From the NCBI GenBank assembly GCA_031425235.1, contig JANPIZ010000001.1, positions 27,731 through 91,730 of the forward strand: a stretch of 64,000 nt of DNA, in the 5' to 3' direction. This DNA comes from Candidatus Nomurabacteria bacterium. GTDB lineage: Bacteria > Patescibacteriota > Minisyncoccia > Phycocordibacterales > UBA9973. The notes beneath the pieces were generated by a model. That model was not told the origin of the DNA, ran no database searches, and was given only the letters and a program-made list of their open reading frames with translations. Each line of letters starts with the position of its first letter. Position 1 is the stretch's first letter. Of the stretch, positions 20,701-30,556 are shown piece by piece. The translations under genes were made by a program, and so were the position numbers.

Positions 20701-21519
20701 ATTTTTAACTACATCTCTGATATCAGCACCATCGAAAACCTGAAAAAAATTAAATGCATAGTAAGAATATGGGCTCTCCATTATGAGATCAAATATTTTT
20801 TTGGAATACTTTTCACCCTCTTCAATTGCATTACGTAAAATTGGCTTCAATGTATAATTATTAAATACCTCTTGAGTTAGATAAAATTCTAATAATGATT
20901 CTGGGACAAATTTAGGAATCTCCTCTCTTTCAAAAAAAGCATTGACACCTAAAGCTTGAGTTAGAGGTTCTCCGTAACCAGCAGAAACCAAAAGATCTAC
21001 CTCTTTTGTTGAAAGAGGGCTTTGGTCATTCCAATGACGAACTCGAGACAATAAAGCTCTTAGGCTTTTTTTGTTTATGTCTTCTGCGTAACCTCCACCC
21101 ACATAATTGTCGTGCTCAACCATAAGAGCAAGTTTCGTGCGTCGTAGGAGTCCCGCATCAAGACGCTTAAAGGAATTTTTCTTAAGAGAATCGTCGATGG
21201 TAGCATGGAGGCGATGGAGTAAAACTTCCTTTGCCTTTTCATAAAAAGTAAGTGGTGGAATCAGTATATGGCCTCGCAATTCAAAATGCTTTTTTGTATC
21301 AGCAAAAAGTGAGTCGATGAGTTCTTTTTTATTATCTTCTTCTTCCATCTGCAACTCCATATTCTGAGGAGCGAGAGCATCAGCTATCCGATCAATTTCA
21401 ATTAAAATATTGTCGATCTTTTTTTCAATTTCAATATCGTCAACTTGTTTTTCAGCTGGTTTTTTCTTTTCTATATTTTCCTTGGGTTTAGTTTTCGAAA
21501 GCCGTGATTCAAATCCCAT
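17785..21519 (-). CDS. Large uncharacterised cytoplasmic protein (1244 aa), Lys/Glu-rich
   Basis: Intact ORF in the track with no TM helix or signal peptide. I recognise no catalytic motif in it. It starts 3 nt after the gap stop and is followed by rpiB, so it looks embedded in the gap-PPP operon. Confidence 0.7.
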   Translation of the reverse strand: MGFESRLSKTKPKENIEKKKPAEKQVDDIEIEKKIDNILIEIDRIADALAPQNMELQMEEEDNKKELIDSLFADTKKHFELRGHILIPPLTFYEKAKEVLLHRLHATIDDSLKKNSFKRLDAGLLRRTKLALMVEHDNYVGGGYAEDINKKSLRALLSRVRHWNDQSPLSTKEVDLLVSAGYGEPLTQALGVNAFFEREEIPKFVPESLLEFYLTQEVFNNYTLKPILRNAIEEGEKYSKKIFDLIMESPYSYYAFNFFQVFDGADIRDVVKNSQNVKYPNLVKDQLNIVQSLNLDTPEVIKEIIKNNWVTKSSHSGEFEIPKDDPNCKAALAQLDSMPFKMNLRAEYIPTGSEELDLGIIKSLDIARELITSGNLGFLDSRRDLLDWIIKHEYDWLIEQAVQFKQEHLLLFKMKAETKVAYVERLIKEKDKRTLNALFKGHKDSTFQPQQFDEKIYTNLTEIISPNNVKLIEFKNLSPEIYQAEMKKEADYSDYTKDQTIYKLINSFDFSKVGFELEKKYQDYIQKLNQTLLFGNDGLKSMWRESPIYFSKFKELTDEELDQWLVVFKSLKNILVVDKSEELRSSILRSLTQSTLGSHVLFDLLKDDEVAAKKYIENLDALCNLIDGTPKDMFPIIKLNITQAEMSGIIGVISELNESLTKQEFSSGDIKGVLREVAVTKDSKQAKIVSEKVKVLLNEVAPYEENLKLLYMHTFLDEDVLDKNSTDKRDQYLENIKTNAEKLAHNQPIDATGDEYRITCEMVYSKRNYDTYAYLDQYEDRSADLENYKYNKTGYGVQLDGVSEYRVKEGQILDLKILEKYSGRLQKLSTLANPESLEKFLDEKIEKKEDSPKTLEGKLLMYLEEKSNEEIADILFSYQLSGEYEAFVQGTRDRITDDSSHIEKNYIMLSELAERFGDRLKETIREILQKVVKSPDKSFFEYLSTGISEADVKELGNKIVTDLQKIPKERITIDVVRKKVLISLINRFQHLPHMREMAQEISAKFETTDLASVPAELLQQVMEKMSDDSVVGDISNKKIEKIQNECYTEISKELEKYEEVMETEVLKKEFGEQEKSLKKRSIHGYFSKNRENAHARMVADVCIAADLKMLEKKEYFEFVLFDEDRKKNIGTVMLLKMEESKRKKYLLYCPNPSTDIVSKVSAGKLYQWITKQVTNFAEENGFNGVLVDTTHGRSTNRPGKFQETLTASVLRGKDNLPKKVSLTNPHALGGNYVFQKDLSVIWEK

Positions 21520-21522
21520 TTT

Positions 21523-22569
21523 TTATTTTATAGTATTACCTGTTTTTATAACATGGTCCACGAGTGTATATGTATACCCCATTTCATTGTCATACCAAGC
21601 CATGACTTTTACCAAGTTTCCTCCCACTACTCGAGTCATCTGTAAGTCTGCGATCGACGCATGTGATTCACCTAAAATATCCGAAGACACAAGATCATCT
21701 TCGGTTACAGCGAAGACCTTACTCCATTTTTCACTTGCTGCTGCTTTCTTTAAAATTTCATTCACTTCCTCAGCGGTAGTATCTTTTTTAGAAATAAATG
21801 TCACGTCTACTATAGACCCTGCTGGCACAGGTACTCGAATAGATATACCGTCAAAAAGTCCAGTTAAGTCTGGAAAAGCTTTAGTGACAGCAATGGCCGC
21901 ACCGGTAGAGCTCGGCACTATGTTTTGCGCAGCTGCCCGGCCTTCACGACGATCCTTTTTGCTTGGTCCATCGACGAGGGCTTGCGAAGCAGTATATCCG
22001 TGCACAGTATTTAAAATCGCTTTTTCAATACCAAGTGCTTCGTGAAGAATTCCGATAAGTGGTGAAGCAGCGTTAGTAGTACATGATGCATTTGAAGTAA
22101 TATCGCAGGTACCGAACTTATCTTCGTTCACTGCCATAAGAATAGTTTCCCCTTTCATCTCCACTTGTCCTGAGCTTGTCGAAGGGTCATCTCCTTTTGC
22201 TGGTGCTGAAATTACAACTTTTTTTGCTCCAGCTTTTATATGCGCATCTGCTTTTGCGTAAGAAGTAAATAGCCCAGTGGATTCTACTACGACATCTACA
22301 CCCATATCTTTCCACGGTAACATAGCCGGATCTTTTTCAGCCAAAACTTTTATTTTCTTCCCATCAATGATTATTTCTTGTCCTTCTGCCTTAATGTCGT
22401 GTTTCCATTCTCGGTAGACAGTATCGTGTTTGAGTAAATACGCCATATTAGCCACGTCACCAAGGTCGTTCACTGCTACTATCTCGATTTCAGGTCGCTC
22501 CCAGGCTATTTTCAAAAAAGCCCGACCGATCCGTCCAAATCCGTTGATTCCTACTTTAATTGTTTTCAT
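21523..22569 (-). CDS. gap: Glyceraldehyde-3-phosphate dehydrogenase, type I
   Basis: 348 aa with INGFGRIGR, the catalytic-Cys motif SNASCTTN and WYDNEMGY. Confidence 0.95.
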   Translation of the reverse strand: MKTIKVGINGFGRIGRAFLKIAWERPEIEIVAVNDLGDVANMAYLLKHDTVYREWKHDIKAEGQEIIIDGKKIKVLAEKDPAMLPWKDMGVDVVVESTGLFTSYAKADAHIKAGAKKVVISAPAKGDDPSTSSGQVEMKGETILMAVNEDKFGTCDITSNASCTTNAASPLIGILHEALGIEKAILNTVHGYTASQALVDGPSKKDRREGRAAAQNIVPSSTGAAIAVTKAFPDLTGLFDGISIRVPVPAGSIVDVTFISKKDTTAEEVNEILKKAAASEKWSKVFAVTEDDLVSSDILGESHASIADLQMTRVVGGNLVKVMAWYDNEMGYTYTLVDHVIKTGNTIK

Positions 22570-22685
22570 ATTTTCATTGTATCAAATCAAATTTCCCTTA
22601 TCAATTTTTTCAAAACGCGGCATAAAAATCTGTACCGAAAAAAGTTGATATTTTAGAGATTGCTTTAATATGCTAACATAGAGAA

Positions 22686-25600
22686 ATGGCAGCAGAAAAA
22701 CAGGCACAATTCGTGCATTTACATACACACTCGCATTATTCCCTTCTTGATGGGCTTTCAAAGCTCGAGGATTTGGTCGCTCTTGCCAAGAAATTCAAAA
22801 TGTCTGCTCTCGCTATCACTGACCATGGCAACATGTACGGAGCTATTGAATTTTATAAACTTGCCAAACAGGCTGGAATAAAGCCTATCATTGGAGTCGA
22901 AGCATACGTGGCAAACAGAGGCCGCCTCGACAAAGAGCCCGGTATCGATAACAAGCGGTATCATATGATACTGCTCGCTAAAAATTTAGAGGGGTATAAG
23001 AATTTAATAAAACTTGTTACGCTGTCGCACCTCGAAGGCTTTTATTATAAGCCCCGAATGGACAAAGAAATTTTGCGAAAATACCATAATGGAATAGTTG
23101 CTCTGTCAGGATGTATGGGTGGTGAACTTGCCAAAGCTCTGATGGATAAAGACCTTGAACGTGGTGAAAAAATAGTAGCCGAATACCAAGATATTTTTGG
23201 TAAAGAAAATTATTTTCTTGAAATACAGGACTATGGAAATATTACTGGAGGTACGAAACTCCGCGAGGGGTTGATCGCTCTCAATAAAAAAACTGGTATT
23301 CCGCTTGTAGCCACTATCGATTCTCATTATTCTCATAAAGACGATGCAAAAGCTCACGACACACTTTTATCTATCCAAACAAATTCCGACATCAAAGACG
23401 AGAACAAATTCTCTTTTGGTGATGGAGATTATTCTTTTAAAAACGAAAAAGAAGTAAAAGAAATGTTTAAAGATATCCCTGAAGCAGTGTCAAACACGGT
23501 AAAAGTGGCAAACATGTGTAACCTCGAGCTCGAGCTCGGTAAATGGGTGTTCCCTGATTTAGAAATTGAAAAAGGAAAAACATATAATGAAAAATTGCGT
23601 GAACTTACGTATGCAGGCCTCAAAAGTCTCAACGTCGAAGAAACAAAGGAAGTAAAAGAAAGAGTGGAATATGAACTTGATGTTATTTTTAAAAAAGGAT
23701 ATTCACCCTACTTCCTCGTTGTGGGAGATTTATTACGCTATGCAAAAGAAAATGGAATTTTAACTACAATTCGAGGCTCCGTAGCTGGATCGATGGTCAC
23801 ATATCTTATCGGTATTACCAATGTAAATCCACTCGAATATAAAATTCCATTCGAAAGATTCTTGAATCCATTTCGTCCTTCCGCCCCTGATATCGATATG
23901 GACTTTGCTGACAATAGGCGCGACGAAATGATCGAATATGTAAAGCAAAAATATGGCGAAAATAACGTCGCGCAAATAGGAACATTTGGCACCATGATGG
24001 CTCGTGGAGCAGTGCGTGATGTCGCACGTGCACTCGCTCACCCATATGCGATTGGTGACAGAATTTCAAAAATGATTCCAATGGGTTCTCAAGGCATGCC
24101 AATGACCATAAGCCATGCGATGAAAATAGTTCCTGAGTTAAAAGAAGCATACAATAAAGAAAAAGATACGAAAGAAATAATAGATATTGCTAAAAAACTA
24201 GAAGGTTGTGTGCGACATGTATCAGTGCATGCTGCTGGAGTCGTGATAGCACCACTACCTATTTCCGAATATTCTCCTACACAGTTTGATCCGAAGGGTG
24301 GAAAAATAATAACTCAATACGACATGTATAGTATTGAAGAAGCAGGACTTTTAAAATTCGATTTTCTTGGTATTCGAAACTTAGCTATCCTTGCTGATGC
24401 GGTAAGTTTAGTAAAACGATTTTATAATATTGATATTAATATTGAACGTATACCTCTCGACGATAAAAAAACATTTGAACTCCTCGCCAGTGGACAAACC
24501 GAAGGCTTATTTCAGTTAAACGGTAGTGGCATGACGAGGTACCTCAAAGAACTCAAACCTACTTCCATCCACGATATCAACGCGATGGTAGCCTTATACC
24601 GACCCGGACCTATGGAATCCATCCCTGAATACATCAAACGTAAACACAATCCAAGTCTGATAAAATATATGGATCCGAGAATGAAGAAATATCTGACCGA
24701 ATCATATGGTCTTATCGTCTACCAAGACGATCTGCTGCTCTCGTCTATCGAACTTGCAGGCTACAACTGGGAAGAAGCGGATAAATTCCGAAAAGCGGTA
24801 GGTAAAAAAATCCCTGCGGAAATGGCCGCTCAACGAGAAAAATTAACCAAAGGTATTATTGCAAATGGACAAACACCGGCATTCGCAGAAAAACTCTGGA
24901 AACTTTTTGAACCTTTCCAGGCCTATGGATTCGGTAAGGCACACGCCGCCTCATACGGTAAGGTTGCATACCAAACTGCATACATGAAAGCAAACTATCC
25001 GGTAGAATATATGACTGCTATTCTCACTGCGGAATCCGGCGATGTTGAGAAAATATCTGAAATTATCGACGAATGTAAACATATGAACATTTCTGTGCTT
25101 CCTCCACATATCAATGAAAGTCAGGGAGGATTTACTTGCTTACCGGAAGAACAAGATACAATAATAAGCTTGGAAAATAAAAGTAAAACTATTCGTTTTG
25201 GGTTTTACACAATAAAAAACTTAGGTACCGACATATCGGACGCTATAGTTCGAGAGCGGATGGAACATGGTAAATTTAAATCGATCAGTGATTTTCTGGA
25301 CCGAATCAAACATAAAAATTTAAATAAAAAATCAATGGAAGCCTTGATAAAGTCAGGTTGTATGGATGACTGGGGCGACAGAGGAGTGTTACTCGCAAAC
25401 CTTGAAGGCATGCTCGCCTATAATCACGAAAAAAATAAGCAAAATGAAAACCAGGTTTCACTTTTCGGAGAGTTAAAAGAAGACGTAACATCATTTAAAA
25501 TGAAAGAAGCCAGTGAAGCCACTCAAGCTGAAAAGCTTCTGTGGGAAAAAGAGCTGCTTGGTCTCTACATTTCCGGGCATCCACTTGATCGCCTACGTGA

Positions 25601-25901
25601 AAAATTAGAAAGTAGACAAGTAAACATTAAAAAAATAAAAGCGGAAGGTGAAAACGATATGAAAATTACTATTGCCGGTATTATCGAATCAGTGCGACAG
25701 GTAGTCACTAAAAAAAATGAACGAATGGCTTTCTTGAAAATTGCTGACCTCACTGACTCCATAGAAGCGGTAGCATTTCCTTCAATATTCAAAGAATCAA
25801 TAGATATACTCATACCAGAAAAATGTATAGCTCTGTCAGGAAAAGTTTCAAACCGAAATGGTGAAAAAAGTATTATAATAGAAGCGTTAAAAGAAATTTA
25901 A
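22686..25901 (+). CDS. dnaE: DNA polymerase III alpha subunit
   Basis: 1071 aa. An N-terminal PHP domain (HLHTHSHYSLLDG), the polymerase core and a C-terminal OB fold are present. Confidence 0.95.
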   Translation: MAAEKQAQFVHLHTHSHYSLLDGLSKLEDLVALAKKFKMSALAITDHGNMYGAIEFYKLAKQAGIKPIIGVEAYVANRGRLDKEPGIDNKRYHMILLAKNLEGYKNLIKLVTLSHLEGFYYKPRMDKEILRKYHNGIVALSGCMGGELAKALMDKDLERGEKIVAEYQDIFGKENYFLEIQDYGNITGGTKLREGLIALNKKTGIPLVATIDSHYSHKDDAKAHDTLLSIQTNSDIKDENKFSFGDGDYSFKNEKEVKEMFKDIPEAVSNTVKVANMCNLELELGKWVFPDLEIEKGKTYNEKLRELTYAGLKSLNVEETKEVKERVEYELDVIFKKGYSPYFLVVGDLLRYAKENGILTTIRGSVAGSMVTYLIGITNVNPLEYKIPFERFLNPFRPSAPDIDMDFADNRRDEMIEYVKQKYGENNVAQIGTFGTMMARGAVRDVARALAHPYAIGDRISKMIPMGSQGMPMTISHAMKIVPELKEAYNKEKDTKEIIDIAKKLEGCVRHVSVHAAGVVIAPLPISEYSPTQFDPKGGKIITQYDMYSIEEAGLLKFDFLGIRNLAILADAVSLVKRFYNIDINIERIPLDDKKTFELLASGQTEGLFQLNGSGMTRYLKELKPTSIHDINAMVALYRPGPMESIPEYIKRKHNPSLIKYMDPRMKKYLTESYGLIVYQDDLLLSSIELAGYNWEEADKFRKAVGKKIPAEMAAQREKLTKGIIANGQTPAFAEKLWKLFEPFQAYGFGKAHAASYGKVAYQTAYMKANYPVEYMTAILTAESGDVEKISEIIDECKHMNISVLPPHINESQGGFTCLPEEQDTIISLENKSKTIRFGFYTIKNLGTDISDAIVRERMEHGKFKSISDFLDRIKHKNLNKKSMEALIKSGCMDDWGDRGVLLANLEGMLAYNHEKNKQNENQVSLFGELKEDVTSFKMKEASEATQAEKLLWEKELLGLYISGHPLDRLREKLESRQVNIKKIKAEGENDMKITIAGIIESVRQVVTKKNERMAFLKIADLTDSIEAVAFPSIFKESIDILIPEKCIALSGKVSNRNGEKSIIIEALKEI

Positions 25902-25912
25902 GATCTTAAACT

Positions 25913-26143
25913 CTACATAACTTGTTCTGAGTCGGGTTCCAAAGGTGGTCTTGCTATATCTTCTGCCATTTGCACTGCCTCTACTGGTGATTCAATCCTA
26001 CCATTCAATAATTGTTCTAAAACTTTCCTCACCTCTGGAATATCATACTCTCGGTCGCTCTGCTTAAGTTGCATTATTATCCCTTCAATCTCGTTTACTG
26101 CATCTTTAAAGGGGTTATTAATATTTCCGTAATGATTTTCCAT
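25913..26143 (-). CDS. Small hypothetical protein (76 aa)
   Basis: ORF lying between dnaE and pth with no recognisable motif. Confidence 0.35.
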   Translation of the reverse strand: MENHYGNINNPFKDAVNEIEGIIMQLKQSDREYDIPEVRKVLEQLLNGRIESPVEAVQMAEDIARPPLEPDSEQVM

Positions 26144-26153
26144 AGGTTTTTAA

Positions 26154-26681
26154 TTAATTATACAAACTCATAGTTTTTCCGAGTCCTTCGGAGTAAAACA
26201 TTTCTACAGCTTCAACTATTTTCTTTGAAAGTTTTTTTATTTGCTCGAGTTCTGGTTTTTTGAATTCTCCGAGCAGGAATTTCATGACCGCTTGCTCCCC
26301 TTTTGGTTTTCGTGTCTTACCTCCTGGCGTGGTCGGCGCTATACCTATCCTGATCCGGGTAAATTCCCTTGATTTTACATGTTTTATTATTGACTCGAGT
26401 CCATTGTGTCCGCCGGAGCTTTTATCAAAGGATATTTTTATTTTCCCAAGTGGTAAATCAATATCGTCGTACACCACGATGAGCTGCTCCAAATCTTTTT
26501 TGGTTTTTATAAATGGCTTTACTGCTTTTCCAGAATTATTCATAAACGTATCTGGAGTTATATATTTGATTTTGAGGTCCTCAATTTTTTTTTCCAAAAT
26601 CTCGACGATTATTCGCCCCGCATTGTGCCGAGTATGTTCGTATTCTTTCCCTGGGTTTCCTAATCCGACAATTAATTTCAT
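26154..26681 (-). CDS. pth: Peptidyl-tRNA hydrolase
   Basis: 175 aa with GLGNPG and HNAGR. Confidence 0.9.
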   Translation of the reverse strand: MKLIVGLGNPGKEYEHTRHNAGRIIVEILEKKIEDLKIKYITPDTFMNNSGKAVKPFIKTKKDLEQLIVVYDDIDLPLGKIKISFDKSSGGHNGLESIIKHVKSREFTRIRIGIAPTTPGGKTRKPKGEQAVMKFLLGEFKKPELEQIKKLSKKIVEAVEMFYSEGLGKTMSLYN

Positions 26682-26786
26682 AGTTAAATACTAACACTTC
26701 AGAAGAACTAAAGGCAAATAGTGAAAATATTATTAAAAAACAAAATTTGATATGCTGTCAAGGATATTGTGTGATATATTATAGCC

Positions 26787-27359
26787 ATGGAAGAACAAAA
26801 AGATGAACAGAAAACTCTCGGACAGTCATTTTGGGAGTTAGTCCGATTTGCGGCCATAGCTCTCCTCATAGTCATACCAGTACGGATGTTTGCCATAGAG
26901 CCATTTGTGGTATCGGGTTCTTCTATGCATCCTACCTTTGAAAATGCAGACTATTTAATCGTGGATAAAATCTCATATTCGCTCGGAACTCCGAATCGCG
27001 ATGATGTAGTCATATTCAAATACCCAAATGATACAAAAAAGTATTTTATAAAAAGAATTATCGGCTTGCCAGGTGAGACGGTCGACATAAAAGGAAGTGA
27101 CATCTTTATTACAAATGCAGAACATAAAGAAGGTTTCAAGCTCGATCAACCGTTTATCAAGGACCCTGCAAGTAATCAAACTCATGTCGAACTAAAAAAT
27201 GATGAATATTTTGTCATGGGGGATAATAGGAATGCGAGTTCCGACTCGAGGTACTGGGGGCCAGTAAAAAGAAATTTGTTAGTCGGTAAACCTCTCGTGC
27301 GATTATTACCACTAAACAATGTAAATATATTACCAGGTAGTTATACGCAAGCAGAATAA
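26787..27359 (+). CDS. lepB: Signal peptidase I
   Basis: 190 aa with SGSSM and the GDNRNASSDSRYWG box. Confidence 0.9.
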   Translation: MEEQKDEQKTLGQSFWELVRFAAIALLIVIPVRMFAIEPFVVSGSSMHPTFENADYLIVDKISYSLGTPNRDDVVIFKYPNDTKKYFIKRIIGLPGETVDIKGSDIFITNAEHKEGFKLDQPFIKDPASNQTHVELKNDEYFVMGDNRNASSDSRYWGPVKRNLLVGKPLVRLLPLNNVNILPGSYTQAE

Positions 27360-27361
27360 AT

Positions 27362-28666
27362 ATGAAAAAAGCAACAAAGGATGGAAAAAATAAAGCGAAA
27401 GAGATAGCCTCACCAAAAGGTATGAGAGATCTCATGAGTGAAACCTACTACAATTTTCAAGGCTTCTTTGAAAAAGCCCAGGAGGTTGCCGTTTATTATG
27501 GCTTCAAGCCAATAGATACTCCCATGCTTGAGCATGAAGAAATATTCACCACGAGCATTGGTGAAGGTACTGATATCATTGATAAAGAAATGTATACACT
27601 TAAAACGAAAGGTGGCGACCATCTCGCGCTTCGTCCGGAACACACAGCCCCACTTATGCGTTCATATATAGAAAATGGTATGCAAAACATGCCACAACCA
27701 GTACTTTTTTATCAGTATGGCCCGATTTTTAGACATGACAAACCACAAAAGGGGCGTTACCGACAATTTTGGCAATTTGACCTAGATTCTTTAGGTAGTG
27801 ATAAAAGTATCATGGATGCACTTGTTATTAAAGCAGGTATGAGCATCCTCGAAGAAGCTGGAGCTACTAATATATCTATAGACATAAATTCTATTGGTGA
27901 CAAGGAGTGTAGAAATGGATATATAAAAGAGCTTGTAAGTTACTATAAAAAACACATTAGCAACTTACCTCCTGTCGACCGAGAACGACTCAAAATAAAC
28001 CCCCTCAGGATACTCGATTCTAAAGAAGAAAAAACCAAGGAAATAAACGTAGGTGCTCCAGATTCAATCTCATTTCTCTGTAGCTCTTGCAAAAAACACT
28101 TCAAAGAGGTGCTTGAGTATCTAGAAGAAATCGGTGTACCTTACAATGTTAATAAAAACTTAGTACGTGGACTTTCCTACTATACTCGTACTGTATTTGA
28201 AGTGTATAGTGAAAGTGAAGAGGAGGGTGGATTACCGGTGCAAGTCGCGTCAGGTGGACGATATGACTATCTCGCGAAGCAAATCGGAGGAAAGAAAGAC
28301 GTACCTGCAGTTGGTTTTTCTATGGGTGTAGACCGCATAGTCGAAGCAAAATGGTATAAAAAACTAAACCCGCGTATTATAAAAAAACCGAAAATTTATT
28401 TTATCCAACTTGGCTCCGAAGCAAAATTAAAAAGTTTAAATATTATAGAAATACTACGAAAAGCTCACATTCCTATCGCGCAATCACTTTCCAAGGATTC
28501 ACTAGGCTCCCAACTCGCCATAGCTGAGAAACTCGCTATACCTTATGCACTTATTTTCGGAGTCAAAGAAGCATTGGAGAATTCTGTTATAGTGCGAAAC
28601 ATGAGCAACCGCTCACAAGATACAGTAAAACTACCAAAACTACTTGAATACCTAAAAGAGTTGTAA
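27362..28666 (+). CDS. hisS: Histidyl-tRNA synthetase
   Basis: 434 aa, class II aaRS. It has the HisRS motifs LRPEHTAPLMR and GGRYD and a C-terminal anticodon-binding domain. Confidence 0.9.
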   Translation: MKKATKDGKNKAKEIASPKGMRDLMSETYYNFQGFFEKAQEVAVYYGFKPIDTPMLEHEEIFTTSIGEGTDIIDKEMYTLKTKGGDHLALRPEHTAPLMRSYIENGMQNMPQPVLFYQYGPIFRHDKPQKGRYRQFWQFDLDSLGSDKSIMDALVIKAGMSILEEAGATNISIDINSIGDKECRNGYIKELVSYYKKHISNLPPVDRERLKINPLRILDSKEEKTKEINVGAPDSISFLCSSCKKHFKEVLEYLEEIGVPYNVNKNLVRGLSYYTRTVFEVYSESEEEGGLPVQVASGGRYDYLAKQIGGKKDVPAVGFSMGVDRIVEAKWYKKLNPRIIKKPKIYFIQLGSEAKLKSLNIIEILRKAHIPIAQSLSKDSLGSQLAIAEKLAIPYALIFGVKEALENSVIVRNMSNRSQDTVKLPKLLEYLKEL

Positions 28667-28682
28667 GACAATAGATAATACT

Positions 28683-29258
28683 ATGAAGAAAATTTTTCAA
28701 GAACCCGAAGAAGTACTCCGTGCCGTAGCCAAGGAAGTTCAGCTAGAAGACATAAAAGGCAGTAAAATAAAAAAAATACTAAAAGAGATGTCAGCCTCTC
28801 TCGCTGACCAAGATGACGGAGTTGCTATAGCCGCTCCGCAAATAGGCTATTCACTCCGTATATTTGTGGTGTCAGGTAAAATATTTGATAAAGACTTCGG
28901 CAAAAAAAGAACGGAAAGATTGCTACAAGAAAATAAGTTGTCGGACAGTGGAATAAATAAAAAAATAAAAATCCCAACCCCCGTCTATCCAGATATAGTA
29001 TTTATTAATCCAAAAATTTCAAAACTCTCGAAAGAAAAAGAATGGCTCCCTGAAGGCTGCCTATCTGTGAGATGGCTGTATGGAAAAGTTCATCGATCTA
29101 AAAAAGCTACAGCTACAGCTTACGATGAAAATGGTAAAAAGTTCACCAGGGGCGCCTCTGGATTACTCGCTCAAATTTTCCAACACGAGACTGATCATCT
29201 AAACGGAATACTTTTTATCGATCAGGCAAAAGACATAAAAGAAGAATTGCCAAAATAA
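28683..29258 (+). CDS. def: Peptide deformylase
   Basis: 191 aa with GVAIAAPQIG, EGCLS and HETDHLNG. Confidence 0.9.
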   Translation: MKKIFQEPEEVLRAVAKEVQLEDIKGSKIKKILKEMSASLADQDDGVAIAAPQIGYSLRIFVVSGKIFDKDFGKKRTERLLQENKLSDSGINKKIKIPTPVYPDIVFINPKISKLSKEKEWLPEGCLSVRWLYGKVHRSKKATATAYDENGKKFTRGASGLLAQIFQHETDHLNGILFIDQAKDIKEELPK

Positions 29259-29264
29259 CACGCC

Positions 29265-30125
29265 ATGCAACAATATATACCTAAAGAAATAAATTTTGTA
29301 TTTTTTGGCACTTCGGAAGAAGCCACGTATGCTCTTAATGCCCTTCTCTTGAAAGGATTTATCCCATCATTAATTGTAACTGCTCCTGATAGACCGGCTG
29401 GAAGAAAACATGAATTAAAATCACCACTGGCAAAAATATGGGCAGTAGAACATTCTGTTCCCTTTTTACAACCAGAAAAAATTAATTCTGACATAATAGA
29501 AAAAATTGCAGAGCAAAAAGCTGATATTTTTATAGTTGTTGGCTATGGTAGAATACTGCCTCAAAAACTCATCGATATACCCAAATACAAAACTATCAAT
29601 GTACACACTTCCCTTTTGCCTCTCTACCGAGGACCTACACCAATAGAAGGACCCATACTCGCGGGTGATTCGGAAACAGGTATCACCATCATGGTTATAG
29701 ACAAAGAAGTCGATCATGGACCGATTATACTCCAAGAAAAATATACGCTCACCGGGCATGAAACCACTGCCGAGCTCACAAAAATATTATTCACCCGTGG
29801 TGGTGAAATGTTGGGAGAGATAATCAATGATTGGATAACGAGGAAAATAACACCACAAGAACAGGATCATTCCAAAGCAACATATACTCAAAAACTTAAA
29901 AAAGAAGATGGCTTGGTACATTTAGATGAAGCCCCGCTTATCTTGTATAACAAATTTAGAGCGTATTCTTCGTGGCCTCGAATTTTCTTTTTCAAGAATA
30001 ATAAGAGAGTAATAATAACTGATGTCGTACTCGAAGACGGAAAATTTATAATAAAAAAAGTATTACCCGAAGGTAGAAAAGAAATGACCTGGAGGGAGTT
30101 TGAGAAAATTAATACTTTCCAGTAA
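29265..30125 (+). CDS. fmt: Methionyl-tRNA formyltransferase
   Basis: 286 aa with NVHTSLLPLYRG. It sits directly after def. Confidence 0.9.
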   Translation: MQQYIPKEINFVFFGTSEEATYALNALLLKGFIPSLIVTAPDRPAGRKHELKSPLAKIWAVEHSVPFLQPEKINSDIIEKIAEQKADIFIVVGYGRILPQKLIDIPKYKTINVHTSLLPLYRGPTPIEGPILAGDSETGITIMVIDKEVDHGPIILQEKYTLTGHETTAELTKILFTRGGEMLGEIINDWITRKITPQEQDHSKATYTQKLKKEDGLVHLDEAPLILYNKFRAYSSWPRIFFFKNNKRVIITDVVLEDGKFIIKKVLPEGRKEMTWREFEKINTFQ

Positions 30126-30507
30126 AAGGGTTTCTTTTTGATAGCCCTTTCAACATTTTTTTGACACTGGAGGCTCCTCTTTTAAATAATGTTTGTTTCC
30201 TGTCTTTATTTTTACTTATTTCCCGAAAAAGATTATCCTTGACTACATCAATTGCAGCATAGAGATCTTCTTCATCGGCGCTCGAATAAAATTCTTTCCC
30301 ATCTATTGTAATCAAGCAATCAGCAATAAACACATCGCCGCCCTTGTGATGATGTGTACTTTTCCCAACTTCAAAATTCACGATTACTTCACCGCCTTTT
30401 TTTTCAATACCAGAAAGGATTTTCTCGAGATTAGTAAGCCTCTTTAACACATAGTTTTTAATAGGCTTTGTAAGCTCTATATTTTTAGCGTGTAAATTAA
30501 CTTGCAT
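30109..30507 (-). CDS. hpf: Ribosome hibernation promoting factor (RaiA/HPF family)
   Basis: MQVNLHAKNIELTKPIKNYVLKRL. I chose the internal Met (132 aa) rather than the track's longer ORF because a TATAAT box immediately precedes it. Confidence 0.8.
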   Translation of the reverse strand: MQVNLHAKNIELTKPIKNYVLKRLTNLEKILSGIEKKGGEVIVNFEVGKSTHHHKGGDVFIADCLITIDGKEFYSSADEEDLYAAIDVVKDNLFREISKNKDRKQTLFKRGASSVKKMLKGLSKRNPFTGKY

Positions 30508-30556
30508 ATATACATTATACCAAGAAATGAACCCTGTAAGCAAATTTATTTTATTT

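Noticed and set aside
21410-22045. Plus-strand ORF of 211 aa antisense to gap
   Set aside because: It overlaps a confidently identified GAPDH gene in full.
22758-25813. Multiple minus-strand ORFs inside dnaE (22758..22964, 23106..23357, 23429..23632, 23738..24150, 25205..25494, 25565..25813)
   Set aside because: They lie inside a well-supported dnaE coding region. They are short and Cys/Phe/Ser-rich, which is typical of spurious ORFs.
30508-30543. N-terminal extension MLTGFISWYNVY of the hpf ORF
   Set aside because: HPF-family proteins start with MQVNL..., and a TATAAT box sits right upstream of that Met.
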